A stretch of 63,354 nucleotides of DNA, filler included, from Globobulimina sp. (lineage: Eukaryota), in assembly GCA_003354225.1 (NCBI GenBank). It is 9 parts of 9 records of this genome, joined end to end, with 100 filler letters (N's around TTAATTAATTAA, not from the genome) between each part and the next. Parts side by side here need not be neighbours in the genome. Positions count along the whole stretch, not along the records: positions 42,397 to 49,325 come from PIVH01000216.1; positions 49,426 to 56,344 come from PIVH01000217.1; positions 56,445 to 63,354 come from PIVH01000218.1; 6 more parts are not named here. One strand, 5' to 3'. A program made the translations under genes and the position numbers. The notes under the pieces are model-generated. The model worked only from the letters and a program-made list of their open reading frames with translations, was not told the DNA's origin and made no database searches. Positions 47,200 through 61,000 of the stretch are shown here, in pieces (the first letter of the stretch is position 1; every line of letters begins with the position of its first letter).

Positions 47200-48870
47200 A
47201 TGGACCTCGCAACTAAACAAACAATGTTCAATGCCAAACCATTAGTAAATTTATCCAATGACATTGCGTACATCAATACCAACTTGAATAAAATATGTGC
47301 ATTGTGGGTCAAACGCAAAACTGAGATATTATTTGAATCATTCGTCGACCAAGAAACAGAACTAATCTTTGATGCTCTCGTTGGTGACTTTAAAGATATT
47401 CGATGTAATTATCACCGCATTTATAAATATCAATTTACAGACATACATTACACATTATTTACAAAGAAATTGACTCAACACAAAGATGTAATATTATTAA
47501 TGAATGGCAAACATAAAAAATATATGATTCAATCATATGATATCACTGACTGTATACAACATTTTATTGTTGATATATACAAATGGTTGAAACTACCAAC
47601 TCCAATCATACAAATTGGAAACCTCAAACGAAATGAAAACAATATTAAAACAGAGGCAGACGATGAAGCTGATCATGATTCATTGTCAATACATGCAATG
47701 ACTGAGATATTTGGCGAAGTATTCGCTGCCTCAAATGAGTGCCAATTGGATAAATTGCAATTTGTACTTTGTTTGGAAGCACGTTGTGGTATATCTCAGA
47801 TTTGGAATGAAAACACGAGACAGAAATTGCAAATATTATATGAAAATATAATTGCTTATATAGCTATAGATATCGATGAGGAATATAATGAGGAATACAA
47901 TGAGGAATATGAAGAATATGAAGAATCTCCCGAATATGTAACATTTTCAGATTTTATTAATTTTTTTTCATTTAATATGAATTATTTTGAACATATTTGG
48001 GAAGAAATTAAACTGTCCATTTATAATTCGCCTCTGTCAAAAAAGAATAAATTACATCGAAATATTGATGCAATATCAAGCGAAATATACAAAGAAAAAT
48101 TATCAGATATTGGACAATTAATTGATTTTATGCAAGAATCGATAATTTTTCATGAAATTGAAGATAATGAATATAATAAATTTATAAAACACATAAAAGA
48201 TGAATTATTGAGTAAATTATTTAAAAATCATGCCATTGTTGGAATAAATAAGGATTTGGATGAATATTGCCATATAAATAGATGTAAAACATGTTCATTT
48301 CCCACGCGATTTGATGTGATTAAGTCAATAAATGTGATAGGTAATAAAACTAAGAATGAGTCAGGTATACCATTACAATGTGATGCATCCATATTAATTG
48401 CAGGATATATTAAATTAATTAAACTAAAATATACATTATCGTCAAATATAAGTTTTGCGATCGAACAAATTATTTATTTATATTTTGAACCGTATACTGT
48501 AATTTCTGTGGAATGTGATGATAAAATATGTATTGTGTCGGAGAGCGATGATGAGATATCACTCATATCAGTCATGTCTGAATTCGAATTATCATCGAAT
48601 TGCGAAGATGATCATGATACAATGGATGGAAACACTTTTAATTCGGATATTATAATTTGGATAAATACTTTGGAGAATGGTCGTTTTACAAAATATTTGG
48701 ATGTATTAAAGAATGGATTTAAGGAATACGAGATTTTTACTGTATATGATTTAGCTAATTTATGCTCTGCAGAATTGAGTGAACCACCATTTAGTATTAA
48801 AATATTTAGAGACAAACGAGATTTGGTCAAATATTTTAAAATGTTAAAGAAACTGAACAGTAATTTATAA
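47200..48870 (+). CDS. Hypothetical protein with possible C-terminal SAM-like domain
   Basis: 556-aa ORF; C-terminal WINTL..GRFTKYL....F.EYEI...DL..L...EL pattern. Confidence 0.55.
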   Translation: MDLATKQTMFNAKPLVNLSNDIAYINTNLNKICALWVKRKTEILFESFVDQETELIFDALVGDFKDIRCNYHRIYKYQFTDIHYTLFTKKLTQHKDVILLMNGKHKKYMIQSYDITDCIQHFIVDIYKWLKLPTPIIQIGNLKRNENNIKTEADDEADHDSLSIHAMTEIFGEVFAASNECQLDKLQFVLCLEARCGISQIWNENTRQKLQILYENIIAYIAIDIDEEYNEEYNEEYEEYEESPEYVTFSDFINFFSFNMNYFEHIWEEIKLSIYNSPLSKKNKLHRNIDAISSEIYKEKLSDIGQLIDFMQESIIFHEIEDNEYNKFIKHIKDELLSKLFKNHAIVGINKDLDEYCHINRCKTCSFPTRFDVIKSINVIGNKTKNESGIPLQCDASILIAGYIKLIKLKYTLSSNISFAIEQIIYLYFEPYTVISVECDDKICIVSESDDEISLISVMSEFELSSNCEDDHDTMDGNTFNSDIIIWINTLENGRFTKYLDVLKNGFKEYEIFTVYDLANLCSAELSEPPFSIKIFRDKRDLVKYFKMLKKLNSNL

Positions 48871-49325
48871 ATTCTTTTAGTGGTGGTTTTTTCAGCATAA
48901 ACGCGAATAATTTTATATTAATTTTCAAAATCACTTTCATTAAAATGCTTCTCAACAAACGTTTGATACGAAACGTTTCTCAATCATAGTCAACTAGTTA
49001 CGTTTGATAAGAAACGTTTTGGAATTAAATTAGGCGGATTTTTATACATTGATATGCAGAGATTAAATAGCAGACAGCAGCATTATTTAAAATTTAAAAG
49101 CAATGTCAAATGTTTAATTTCGATCATCCATCGCCACAAACCAAGGTGGTAGCTCTTCCTCAATATCATAATATTTTTTGTAAGCATTTTTTGATGCCCT
49201 ATTGGCAGAGCCAGTGCCTATTTTATGAAATGCGAATGCCATCATAACCAATATTGCAACCATTGTACAGGTTGCACCTCTTGCATGCTTTAAACAGTTT
49301 GGAATGAAAACAAAAACAGTGAATG

Positions 49326-49425
49326 NNNNNNNNNNNNNNNNNNNNNNNNNNNNNNNNNNNNNNNNNNNNTTAATTAATTAANNNNNNNNNNNNNNNNNNN
49401 NNNNNNNNNNNNNNNNNNNNNNNNN
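49326..49425. other. Artificial contig spacer
   Basis: N44-TTAATTAATTAA-N44. Confidence 0.99.
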
Positions 49426-50899
49426 TCTCGGCTTCAAAATCTAATAATTTCTCGACATTCACAGTGAAGGGCGACAATAATCGCCGATTCCCTTTGTCAA
49501 TAAATTGAACATATGACTCATACGTTATATTACCATTACAATCTAAATCAAATAACTGCATCGTATTTTCGATTAATGTATCAACAAAAGTTTGAGAATT
49601 GTCATTTATTAATTTTATTAATAACGGATGAATCAAAGCATTTGCATTTAATAATAAGTCATTTATTAATGTTTTTAATTCAGATTTATGGATAACACCA
49701 TCATTATTTATGGATAATAAAGCAAAGGAAAACTCACACTTTTCATTGATAGATGCTTTATTACTCAACATCGACATTGTACGGGCAAACACGCGAAATG
49801 ATAACTGTCCCATTTTATGTTCATCCATGTAATCAAATAACCGCTGCACTAAAATGCAATGGCTCGGCACTCCAAATATGTGTGCCATAGCATCTATATC
49901 TAGCTTTATTTTAGTGTTCAAATTCACATTATTTTCCGCTTCATTTTCATTTGTATTATTTTGTGTATTCTCGGTACGGTGCAGTCGTCGATACATTTTA
50001 TGAATATATTTAAATCGTAAATGTAATAATCGCAACGTATTCTCATCAAAATGTGTAATTTGGGCCAAATATTGATAATTATTTGTTTCCTGCGTTTGGT
50101 ATTTGCTTAAATCAGAACTAAATATATTTTGTGGAATGGATTTGCTTTTTGCATGTACTAATCGTCTTTTTTTCTTTGATGTATTTATTTTACCATTTTT
50201 TGATTTATTATATGCATATTTGTTTGGTCGCGATCGACGTCGTTTAGCTAGCTTTAATACTCTTGCTTGGGTTTGTTTATTTGTGTCGTGAGATTTTGAT
50301 CTTTTTAGTTTTAGAGTATGTTCCCTATTTCTGTACGAAAACATTGTCCGTTTCTCTGGATTAAGTTCATTCATTTCATCATCATTTAAATCTAAAATTG
50401 TATTAAGTGGCGCAGTCATTGGCGAATTATTTGGTGATGATTTACAGGAAGATATCATATCGAAATCCAAATTTACATCTTCTTGATCTTCATCAATTGT
50501 ATAATTTGGTAGGATTATACGATTACTACTATTATGGTACGGCGGTGTTGTATTTGTTATTATTGCAGTTAACGTTGTTGCTGTTGTTGCTGTTGCTGAA
50601 TTCGAAATTATTGACTGTTTTGTAAATGACTGTATTGAATTACTATTAGTATACATTCTTTTCCTCAGCATAGATTTTCTATCACAATTGTCTAGAATGG
50701 CTATATTTGTGTCTATTGGTTGAGGTTTTATATTGTTAGTATTGTTGTTTGTATTGTTGTTTGTATCTGCTTCACGTGGCCATGGCGTTAATTCTTTATC
50801 TGATTGTTCATTTGTATAACATCGTGAATGATGATGAGTTAACGTTTTATTATTACTTGGCGAGTTTGGTGAATCCCCTAATCCTTGAACACAACCCAT
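49426..50899 (-). CDS. Calcineurin-B/recoverin-like EF-hand protein with long N-terminal extension and MGC acylation start, 3'-truncated
   Basis: THFDENTL..L..RF, RLFDYMDEHKMGQLSF, EKCEFSFALLSINNDGVIHKSEL, FDLDCNGNITYESY. Confidence 0.8.
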
Positions 50900-50956
50900 T
50901 GTATAGTTTATTAAAGTTACAGTTTTTTTTTACTGTAACAAGTTTTCGTCTGTCAA

Positions 50957-52391
50957 TCAACGCAACTTAGAACCAAATTTATCATTCCATTGTTCGTATC
51001 GGTCGATATCTTGAGCTGTATTTGACGCAGTTGTATGTTTTATAGCTTGTTCCACATCTGTTAATTGCAAAGGTCTTAATGATTTTTTTTCAACAGTTTG
51101 AACACTATATTTTGAATCTCTTAACGGACCCAATGCTGATTCCAATACAACATCGCTTATGTCACTACCCGAATATCCTTTTGTTTTATTCACCAAAATA
51201 TCAATATCCTTATCAATTAATATATGTCCCGATGTCTTATCTGCTTTTTGCAATAAGTTTAACAATAATTGTTTCCTCCCCGTAGCATCTGGTAATGGTA
51301 TATATAACCTTTTACTCAGTCTACGTCTGGCTGCGTCATCAATAACTTCTGGGAAATTTGTAGCACCAACAATTAACACATAGCCATCATTTTTATTTGT
51401 TTTTGCACCTTGGAACTCCATTAAAAACTGTGTTTTTAATGTATTCATAGAATTATTGGAAGAGCTGCCATCGGAGCCTCTTTTACTGAGTAAACTGTCA
51501 CATTCATCAATAAATATGATTGAGGGTGCCATATATCTCGCGATTGAAAACATGGTCTTCACCAATTTTGCCGATTCACCAATCCATTTTGATTGCAATG
51601 AGGAGGGCGAGATGCTGAAGAAATTGGCATTGGATTCATTTGCAATTGCCTTTGCGATCATTGTTTTGCCGGTTCCAGGCGGACCAAATAATAATACGCC
51701 TTTTGGCGGAGCTAACAATGAATCAGAATCAAATAAGTCACTCCGTTGCAATGGCCATATTACAATTTCTTTTATTTTCTGTTTCTCCAATTCCAAACCA
51801 GCAATATCGTTCCATGAAATATTATCCATTTTATTTAGTAATTCATAACCAATGGATTCCACTAATTTTGGATCTAAATCTTGTAAATCTGAAACTAATG
51901 CACCGGTTTCACTGTCAAATAATCTTTCGCAGCCAATCGGAATTTTATTGTTTGTATTTTTTTTATTTTTATGCGTTGATACGTAAGGTTTATTATGTCC
52001 GGTTCTCCAATCACTTGTTTTCTGCTTTTTTTGTGGTGGTTGTTGAGTACTAGTAATTGTTGCGTTTGTTTGTATTTGTATTTGTGTGATTGTGGTTGTT
52101 TTATGTTTTGTAAATGTAAATGAATGTATTGATGGTGGATTAATTCCAATGATTATTCTGTCTCCTCTTGGTTTCTTATCAGATTTCTTTTCTGTCAGTA
52201 ATTCTTTAAAATCAAACGCTGTTTTATTTTATTGTTTTATTTTTGAATTATATATGCAAGGCTGCACTGATTCAATTACCTGGAACGGCATTTTCAGGAG
52301 CAATTGATTGTATATTCACTGATTGTTGACATTTATCAAGAAATTCCATCTCTTCGTCCCAACTGAAAGGAAAATGTGAACCAAACGACAT
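50957..52391 (-). CDS. FIGNL1: Fidgetin-like/spastin-clade AAA ATPase; one intron near 52218-52279
   Basis: DLDPKLVESI, ISWNDIAGL, EIVIWPL.R.DLF, GVLLFGPPGTGKT, SKWIGES, IFIDECDSLL, GATN.P..IDDAARRRL.KRLYIPLPD, GYSGSD. Upstream frame is open to the acceptor near 52218. Confidence 0.85.
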
Positions 52392-52630
52392 CTATTAGTC
52401 ACTTTAACTTTTTATTAATATTGGATTAAAAACAGATGAAATCTATTGGTTTGCCGTTGGTATTAGTGATTAGTGAAAACAAAGCATTCGATATTTGAAC
52501 AGATTGCATCTCCGGTTTCGGACTTTCGGATGACACTTATAGTGGTAACTATAATGGAATCTATAAATTAATAATAAAAATGTTAAAAGTTAAATAAGGT
52601 AAACATTAATCAGTTTGGTCAATGGTCACC

Positions 52631-53919
52631 TCAGTCACCATAATTACCGATAAAAATGCAGTTACTATCGGGCTTTGCATGCAACTGTTTCCTTAATTCA
52701 TTAACATCTAAATCATCTTTCGATGGATGGACACTTTTTTGCCGTTTTAATGATATTCTGCTTGAACTAAACGCATTGTGTAATCGTAATATCTCATCTT
52801 TATGTCCATCATCAATTAAATCAATAAATGAATTATTTATTCCTTTAAATTGCATTGAAAGTTGTCTTTCGTTTCTAAAAAAATCAATATCGATACGTAT
52901 ACCAATTATTTCTTCTAATACAATACTCTCTTCTTTTTTTAATGTAAAATTATTTTTTTCTTCCAATTCTCGTTCCATTTCAAGACTTTCAGATATTTGT
53001 AACAATCTTTGAAATTCGCTCTCATACAAATCATGGTTGTCATCTAATATTTCTTCAATTAAACCTAAAAATTGTTCCACATTTATTGTTTGTTTATCAC
53101 CAAATAGTTGTTTCCACTCACCTTTTTTTACAAATATGTTCCTCCATTTTGGAGTTATTGTCCCTAAAAATCGTTTGTACTCTTTTATGTTCATTTTAAT
53201 ATTATTTATATTACCATCACGAAATACCACAGTGTAATAATTTTGCAATAAATATGTTTTATGGTTTTGTTTTATTAAATCAGCCATACGTTCCAATGTT
53301 TGATTCATATCATCCATAATATCCAATATATTTTCGCCGCATTCTGCTATTTCTTGTAATTTATTGTTTAACTCTGCAAATTCGTTTCCGTCTGCTTCTA
53401 ACTGAGTACATTGTTGATTGAGTGTAATAACTTCAAATTTAAATTCTTTTACACCGGATTTTAATATTTGTCTTAGTTTGTCGAAAACAAAAGGCACCGT
53501 CGGTGTGACGCTGACCAATCAACGAAATACAGTGATACGTACCTGGTGTTTGTTAACTGTTTTTGCTGTTTCTCGTACATAAAATTATTTTCTTTTAATA
53601 TTTCAATTTCATCTAAAATTTTAGAAAATTTATACAAACCGCAATAACTACACATTGATGCTATTGTAATGGATGACAAGGTAGTTATCATTGCAATCAT
53701 TGCAAATTCTGTAAAAAATATGGCAACAACAACAGCAGAGATAATTAGTAATGATAGAATCACATAAATGCTCAATAATAATTTTCCAAAATAAACATTT
53801 ATGTTTTTTACATCAATAAACTGAATGGGGAAATCATAGGAATCTTGATGTATTCTTATTGAGTTTGTAATATGGTTTGATACTGGATCGTTTGAATCAG
53901 ATAACAGAATTGTTTTCAT
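52631..53919 (-). CDS. Two-TM + coiled-coil hypothetical protein; intron 53472-53542
   Basis: The GTACGT..CTAAG intron joins ORFs 53473-53919 and 52631-53518 (TNTR|QILKSG). Confidence 0.65.
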
Positions 53920-53954
53920 CCTCAGCTGAAATTCAGAAAAACTTTTTAAATAAA

Positions 53955-55255
53955 ATGGAAACCATTCTTCAGCGCGTCAATGAGAAAGCATCTAAGAAGG
54001 AAGTCACGGAACCATTCAATTTTATTCCTAACATTAACTGCCCTGAATCAGCGAGTAATGGAATAATATTAATCCAAGTTACAAATATTAAGGAATTGTG
54101 GGAACATGGTCTGTTTAAAAGTATGCACCAGAGATGCTTCCAATTAATTTATAACAAAGATTCTGGTGCAAACACTGATATTGATAATTTATGGAGATGT
54201 AGGACTATTTTATTAGGCAATATAAACGGTGATGGCTCATTTCATATTAAATTACCAGTACATTTGCATCATTACACCATTCAATTTTGTTTACAAGCAA
54301 TAAACGTCAAAACTAGACAATTTATGAGTAAATCCGCATTCCACCTTGTAAATATACCATCATTTCTTGCAGATACATCGTATGCGATTGGTGATGTCAT
54401 AAGTTTCCGTGATGAAAATACATTTTATGTCAAAAAAGGACAAATCATTCAACCTTTACCAGATAACAAATTTAAATTAGGTATAATGCACAAATATGTT
54501 TGCTTAATTATTTGCAATTATATTATTTGTATATAGGATATGTTGAATATGATAAAAGTTTGCGAGAACCACAGCGAAAACATGCATGGCTTGACAAGGA
54601 ATGCATTATTGATAAGTCACGCATATATCGCGAAGGTTTGGAGTTGCAGTATGAAACTGATATGATTGATCCGTCAGCAATGCGTAAATTATTATTGATT
54701 AAGCGTAATGATGAAGAAAGTATTGCTATTTTTAATACATTGTATGATATTTATAGCAATAAATCATTGGTTTATTGTATTGATAGTTTTGGTTTGGAAG
54801 AATCATTAATTTATTGGGAACCAATGGCAATATTTGTAGCCAAGAATATCTTTGATTTTTTATACAAGAAACAATTTGAATATAAAGTAAATTGTTTGAT
54901 GAACCCATACAACGATGGTAGATTAGAAATGGTTAATTTGCGACAAAGTGATATCCGAACGTATTATAAAGGATCAATTGGTGGCGCGGAAATGGGCATT
55001 GCTGTATTTGATGAAGATGATATTGATTATAGTTGTGATTGGTGTAGGAATGGATTGCGTGGTTGGCATTATGTCTATCAGTGCAGCACTAGTTATTGTG
55101 ACAGACATGATATCTGTTTAAATTGTGTCTTTACTGTAATTAAACTGGGCACAGAGTTGCAACAATGGTTACAAACGATACTAAACGATGAGTTGAATGG
55201 GGATTGTGTTAATCTCGTTGTTGACTATGTCATTGGTACTGCTATTTGTCTATAA
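53955..55255 (+). CDS. Hypothetical protein with C-terminal ZZ-like zinc finger; intron 54481-54536
   Basis: The GTATAA..TATAG intron joins FKL|GYVEY. YSCDWC..YVYQC...CDRHDICLNC. Confidence 0.65.
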
Positions 55256-55365
55256 ATCTGTTAAATAAATTGTACGTACTGTTGTGTCTAATTGCAGTAT
55301 TTAAAGATGTTTCTAAATAATGCTACTGGCTAGCTAGGTAATTTTAGCTGAATACCGAATAGCAA

Positions 55366-56130
55366 ATGGAAAGTAAACAAGTTGGATATTGGGGAAAGGT
55401 GGATAGTTTGCAAGATTGGTGTGAACCTAATTATGTTATTACTTTTTATATTGCAGAGTTTTTTAACACATTATCATCATTGCCAATGATATTCTGGTGT
55501 ATTATTGGACTTTATTACACTCATAAAGCAAAAATTAAAGAGACACGATATATACTTTGTTTTGCAGCATTAGGTATTACGGGTATTGGTTCGAGTTTAT
55601 TTCATGGAACATTGAGATATTACATGCAATTAATGGATGAATTACCAATGATGATTGCAAATATGATTTTTATATACACGATATTGGAAGCTCATAAAAA
55701 GATAAATGCCGATATTAATTATAATCTAATTATTGTATTAACAGTATTATGTGCTTGTGCAATTTATGGATATGTATATCTTAAATGGTGGTTCATATTT
55801 TTATTGTTTTATGGAGGCAGTTTAGTGGTACAATATTATTATTTGTATGTACGTTGGAATCATTTGATAATCAAATACCTTGTGATATGTATTACGTGTT
55901 ATTATGGTGGATTGTTACTATGGATTATTGATTTAACAAACTGTGAATACGTTCAGTCATATCATTTCCATTCGTTGTGGCATATTAGTGCTGGATATGG
56001 AACATATGTATATATTCTTACAGTTGTTATGTTAAGAGTTGATTACATGAAAAAAAAAGACCTTGGAATAGAATTTCAAATGTGTCCAGTTCCAATTCAT
56101 AAAATTTCTATCAAGACACATAATGTTTGA
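55366..56130 (+). CDS. ACER3: Alkaline ceramidase (CREST superfamily, ACER3/YPC1-like)
   Basis: YWG.....DWCEPNY, IAEFFNTLS, GIGSSLFHGTL, QLMDELPM, HSLWH; seven TM segments. Confidence 0.93.
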   Translation: MESKQVGYWGKVDSLQDWCEPNYVITFYIAEFFNTLSSLPMIFWCIIGLYYTHKAKIKETRYILCFAALGITGIGSSLFHGTLRYYMQLMDELPMMIANMIFIYTILEAHKKINADINYNLIIVLTVLCACAIYGYVYLKWWFIFLLFYGGSLVVQYYYLYVRWNHLIIKYLVICITCYYGGLLLWIIDLTNCEYVQSYHFHSLWHISAGYGTYVYILTVVMLRVDYMKKKDLGIEFQMCPVPIHKISIKTHNV

Positions 56131-56344
56131 CAAAACTGTACTATTCAACAAAAAATGGCTGAGGCACACAGAATAAAGGTTACAGTCACCGCCCCGTGCA
56201 TAAGAGCAGCCATCAAACTAGGCCATCAGGGAACTAAAAACCATTGAAAGTGTAAATCTACGGGATCAGATTTATGAAATAATCAGAGACATGATCTTGC
56301 GTCGAGACATCAATCCGGGAGACACCATTCATCGTCATCGTCGT

Positions 56345-56444
56345 NNNNNNNNNNNNNNNNNNNNNNNNNNNNNNNNNNNNNNNNNNNNTTAATTAATTAA
56401 NNNNNNNNNNNNNNNNNNNNNNNNNNNNNNNNNNNNNNNNNNNN
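56345..56444. other. Artificial contig spacer
   Basis: N44-TTAATTAATTAA-N44. Confidence 0.99.
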
Positions 56445-57954
56445 ACAGCAAAAACATAATGTACTGTATATATCTGACACACACTAAACTGCGCTCCCTG
56501 CCACCTAAAAACGCCCATCTTTGATAGCAATCGGTCGTAAATACGCTGTTCATAATTAATATCAATTGGTGCAATGCTATCCATCCATTTTTTATCTTCC
56601 ACAGAGCCAATAAATTCAAACTGTTGCCGCTGTGCATCATCTTCCTTCTCTTCCAGCTCATCATCACAGTCTAACAGTTGTTGTTCGCTGCTAACTCTAT
56701 CAAAATGACAGCCATATTGCACTTTAGAGCTTAGACAAATTAACATTTAACAATTATTTTTAACACATTACTTTTGAAAAATACGTAACTGTAAGAAATA
56801 GCAATGGACGGTGTCGCATAATTCACTGAATGCAATATCTATGCAGTCAGATTTTACGTATTTCAATTTTGGAACATCATTACTGTTTTCCTCGTCGATA
56901 TTATGTATACTTTGTTTACTATCTTCTGTGTCAAAACTAGTTTGCTCGACAAATTGATTTTTCTTATCCAGAAAACGTGTGTGTCTGTCTTGGATATAAC
57001 ATTTATTTGTTTTGTTTGCAAAACATGGATATCTGCTTTTAATTGCTCGACAAATTTCTTTTTGCAAACGATGGTTTTCCGTCATATGAATGGCGTGGAT
57101 ATGCAAAAAATCTGCACGTAATCGATTGTGATCATATTCATCAATTTGCAGATAATTCGCAATCTAAACAATATTCAAAATATACATACGTTTGTTAAGT
57201 ATAGATACAACTTAACATTTACAGCATGTTCGGTATTTAATTCAGTATCGAATTTATGATATATATGTAAGAAAACGCACACTCGTTCAAGACAGGGACA
57301 CTCACTAACAATGTCATCATTTTTTGCTTCATTTGGCAGCATACGCATACAACCTTCATTTTTGCATTGTTTCTTAAGCCGTTTGGCAATGGAATTTGTG
57401 TCGGAGTGGGAGTGTTTGGGTAACAACGGCCTTATTTTTGAAGTAAATTCGTTTTTAATATTATGCATTGCAGCATCATTTAATCGAATTAGTTTGTTAT
57501 CAAATTTACAACGTTCCACATCATGAACGACATTTCCATCCCAAATTTTTGGTGTATTTGGAGAGTTTGGGGATTGAGCAATATGCGCTGTTGGTTGATC
57601 ATGATATATTTCATAAATAATATTACTGACTCGCGTCCGTAACTGATCGTGATGATATTGCAAACATTTTAATTCTTTAAATATAGCTTGTTCTAATTTA
57701 CTTGTTTCGGTTTCGTTATAATTACATTTTTCAGTCAACTCTTTAATAATATCTCGTAATAAATAATAGTCGATTGTATCGCATTCATGTTTGGCATTTT
57801 TCCACCGCGCACTGGGTTGTGATTTAAGTAGTTTAGGCGATTTAAGTTGAGATTTAGGCGAATTGTCACTGCTACATAATGAATTATCTTGAAGTAAATT
57901 GGTACAACTGAGAGCCAAGGAAACGTCTGCTAAGGAACTTTCTTTGTTTTCCAT
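56445..57954 (-). CDS. Multi-exon hypothetical protein, 3'-truncated
   Basis: Consecutive same-strand ORFs 57175-57954, 56768-57106 and 56393-56746 separated by AT-rich intron-like gaps; CPCLERV, DTVHCYFL. Confidence 0.55.
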
Positions 57955-58005
57955 GTTAATTACGAAATGTTAATTTGTTTTTCAGGGTTTTTTTCAAAGA
58001 AAACC

Positions 58006-61000
58006 ATGTCAACCACAACAACAATCCGTGTTTCAATATTTCTGACAGTAATACTATACCTATCATACACCATTGGTTTGTATTTTATACGTACATAAAT
58101 AGTTATACACAGCTCGTCACAAACATAAACAACAAAAAAGAAATTGTTCATGCACAGAGAGATTTTGATACAACATCTGACAATCAATACAAAGATGGCT
58201 CCATTACATGTGGCGCAGGCGGCGATTGTACTGTTCGATGCGACAAAACAAAGTTTGTAAATCAAGCATCCACATGTATATAGACTATAAAAACACATTA
58301 TACAAACAGTGCCTGTCAAAACACGCAAATAACCTGCAGAAGTAACCTAAATTGTGCCGTAACCTGCAGCTACACTGATGATTACTGGACTAGCGGAGGT
58401 GACTATGATTCATGTAACTCCGCAACAATAACTTGTCCAACAACCACAACCAATGCTTGCGCAATAACCTGTGCTACGGACACATGGCGGGATCAAAGAG
58501 GATGTAACGATTTAAACATAATATGGACTGCAGGCGGTATAAATACATTAATATGTGACAAATCCTGCAGTAATGTAATATATCCACCGCCTGTGAATAA
58601 CATCACGCCTTCGACAATCACGTGTGATGCACAGGAAGCATGCTATGGGACCATTATAACCTGCCCTTTAAACGCACGATGTGATATCACCTGCTCCGCA
58701 GACGATTCCTGTCGTAATTCTGTTATTAACTGCCCACTTGACTCACAATGTAATATTATATGCAGTGGTACAGATTCCTGCCATTCAGCCACAATAAATT
58801 GGTCAAGCACTTCGGATCTTGGCTCTCTACAATGCACTGTTGGTGGCGATGAGTGTTTGAATGTTATTTTACCACCAAAAACAACAATAGCCAGTGATAA
58901 TTTTGCTGATTTTACAGTTACATGTGATACTTCTTATGAATGTCAGCGTGCATTGATAATCTGTCCAACAAATGCAAATTGTAATATTGTGTGTTCTGCG
59001 TTGAGCGCATGCAATGAGGCTGTCATTCAATGCCCTGTTAATAGTGGTATTTGTGCTGTAACATGCACTGCAAATTCAGCCTGTAAGAATGCAGATATTC
59101 AATGGATTGACGGTCTGGAGCACAGTATAAATTGTGCTGCATTTGACAGCTCTTGCTATGGAATACATTTTCGACCCTATGATGAAAATACGCCATGGAC
59201 TATGGATTGTAGTGCCGCCAGCAATATGTGTAAAGCTGCGATATTTGATTGTCCACAAAATGCAGATTGCACCGTAAAATGTGATCCTATTTCCACTTCA
59301 ATATCGAATGTATGTCAAGGAGCTGTTATTAATGGACCTGTGAATTATCAATTGACTGTTATGTGCAATCAAGGTATTTTATACTATTTATATTTTAATA
59401 TCATTCCAAAAACATTGTTTTTGATGCAAATTGTATACACACTCTGGCACAGAAACGTTATTTGTGAACAATTTATAACTTCTATTTCCATTCATTTTGT
59501 AACTAACAGGTTATGCGTGTCAAGCGGCACAATTACATGCAGAATATGCGTCATTTTTCACTTTGGATTGTTTAGTGTCTCAAACTTATACATGCACCTC
59601 GCAATGGATATGGTTCCCTGAAAATGTCGCAGGCACTAAAATGTCCATTATATACGCTCGAGATGACAGCTTTAGCGATGCCGGTTTGTCACAGCAACCA
59701 CAACTATTTTATGCAATAAATGGTTGGGCAGATGTCGATATACAATATGATGTGAATAAATATTGGAACTGGCATTCAGGAACAATGCATTGTAATATTG
59801 ATTATGTGCAATTATGTTCATTTGCAACCTATGCATTTGCCTGTGGCACAGGTGATGACTGTGATAATCCCATTTTGTTCACCGCACCACCAACCACTGC
59901 ATTTCCCACAGCAAATCCAAGTTATCCAAGTCGCTCACCAACCGACTTACCCACTGTCCCAACACAATCACCATCAGAAAACCCCACACATACTCCAACA
60001 ACGCCAACATTGCAACCAACTATAAATCCGACTGATTCACCAACCAAAAACCCGACTGATTCATCAACCAAAAACCCGACTGATTCGACAGCAAATCCAA
60101 GCAAATATCCATCGACGAGTCCAAGCAAATCGCCAACGGGAAATACAAATTATCCGTCAGACACTCCTACGAAATCTCCGACTGTACAGCCGACCAAAAC
60201 GCATTCAAATATATTGATTACACTCCCAACGCCATCGCCAACCAATAGAGAAGGTATGTATTTGTGGGAAATGACATTTTGAATAATATTTGTTGTTGCA
60301 GCTGGCGTAGACGACGAAACCACACAGACAGAATCCGAAGATAACAATGGCTTAAAATTAGAAAAGAATTCATTTATAGATTCACCCATTTTTTTGACAG
60401 TGGTTGGTTGTATGGTTGGTTTAGTATTATTTGTTATTATTTGTGCTATTTATTATCGAATAAAAAAATGTCAACAGCAAATCAAAAGTATCAAAGATAC
60501 GTTTCATAGCTACCAGTCAGAGAGAGCAGTGTCGAGCAGTCCTCACAGTTGTACTGATGTCGATGTTGTGCGAGGCATAGAAAAAGGTGGAGGAGCAAGA
60601 AAAGGGAGTATATCGTTGCAGGAGTTGCGATATCCAGCGGGTGCAAAGGCACAAAATAAGTGGGACACCAATCCATATGATGATGGTACTGCAAATTATG
60701 GATCATATCATCCAAATACAGGAGCACTGGCATTTAAGCAAGTGAGCTCATTGTCAGATGTAATGATTAATAATATGGCAAATAATGTGAATGAAATGAT
60801 AAATCATGCAACATTGCGTGGACCAGCTGTCATGGAGCATGACGAAGGGAATCAAGGATTGGAGCAAAATGCATATGTGGGGTCAATGTCATCTGTAAAT
60901 GGTGTGTTGATGGCAGACATTGTGAATGAAACGAGGACACCGCAATTTCCAGGAAATTATAATGGTAATGTTGTGAATACAGATACTGACGAACGAGTCG

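Noticed and set aside
6996-56444. Recurrent TTAATTAATTAA every ~7 kb as a biological repeat
   Set aside because: It is always centred in exactly 44+44 N between size-sorted contigs, so it is an assembly-joining linker.
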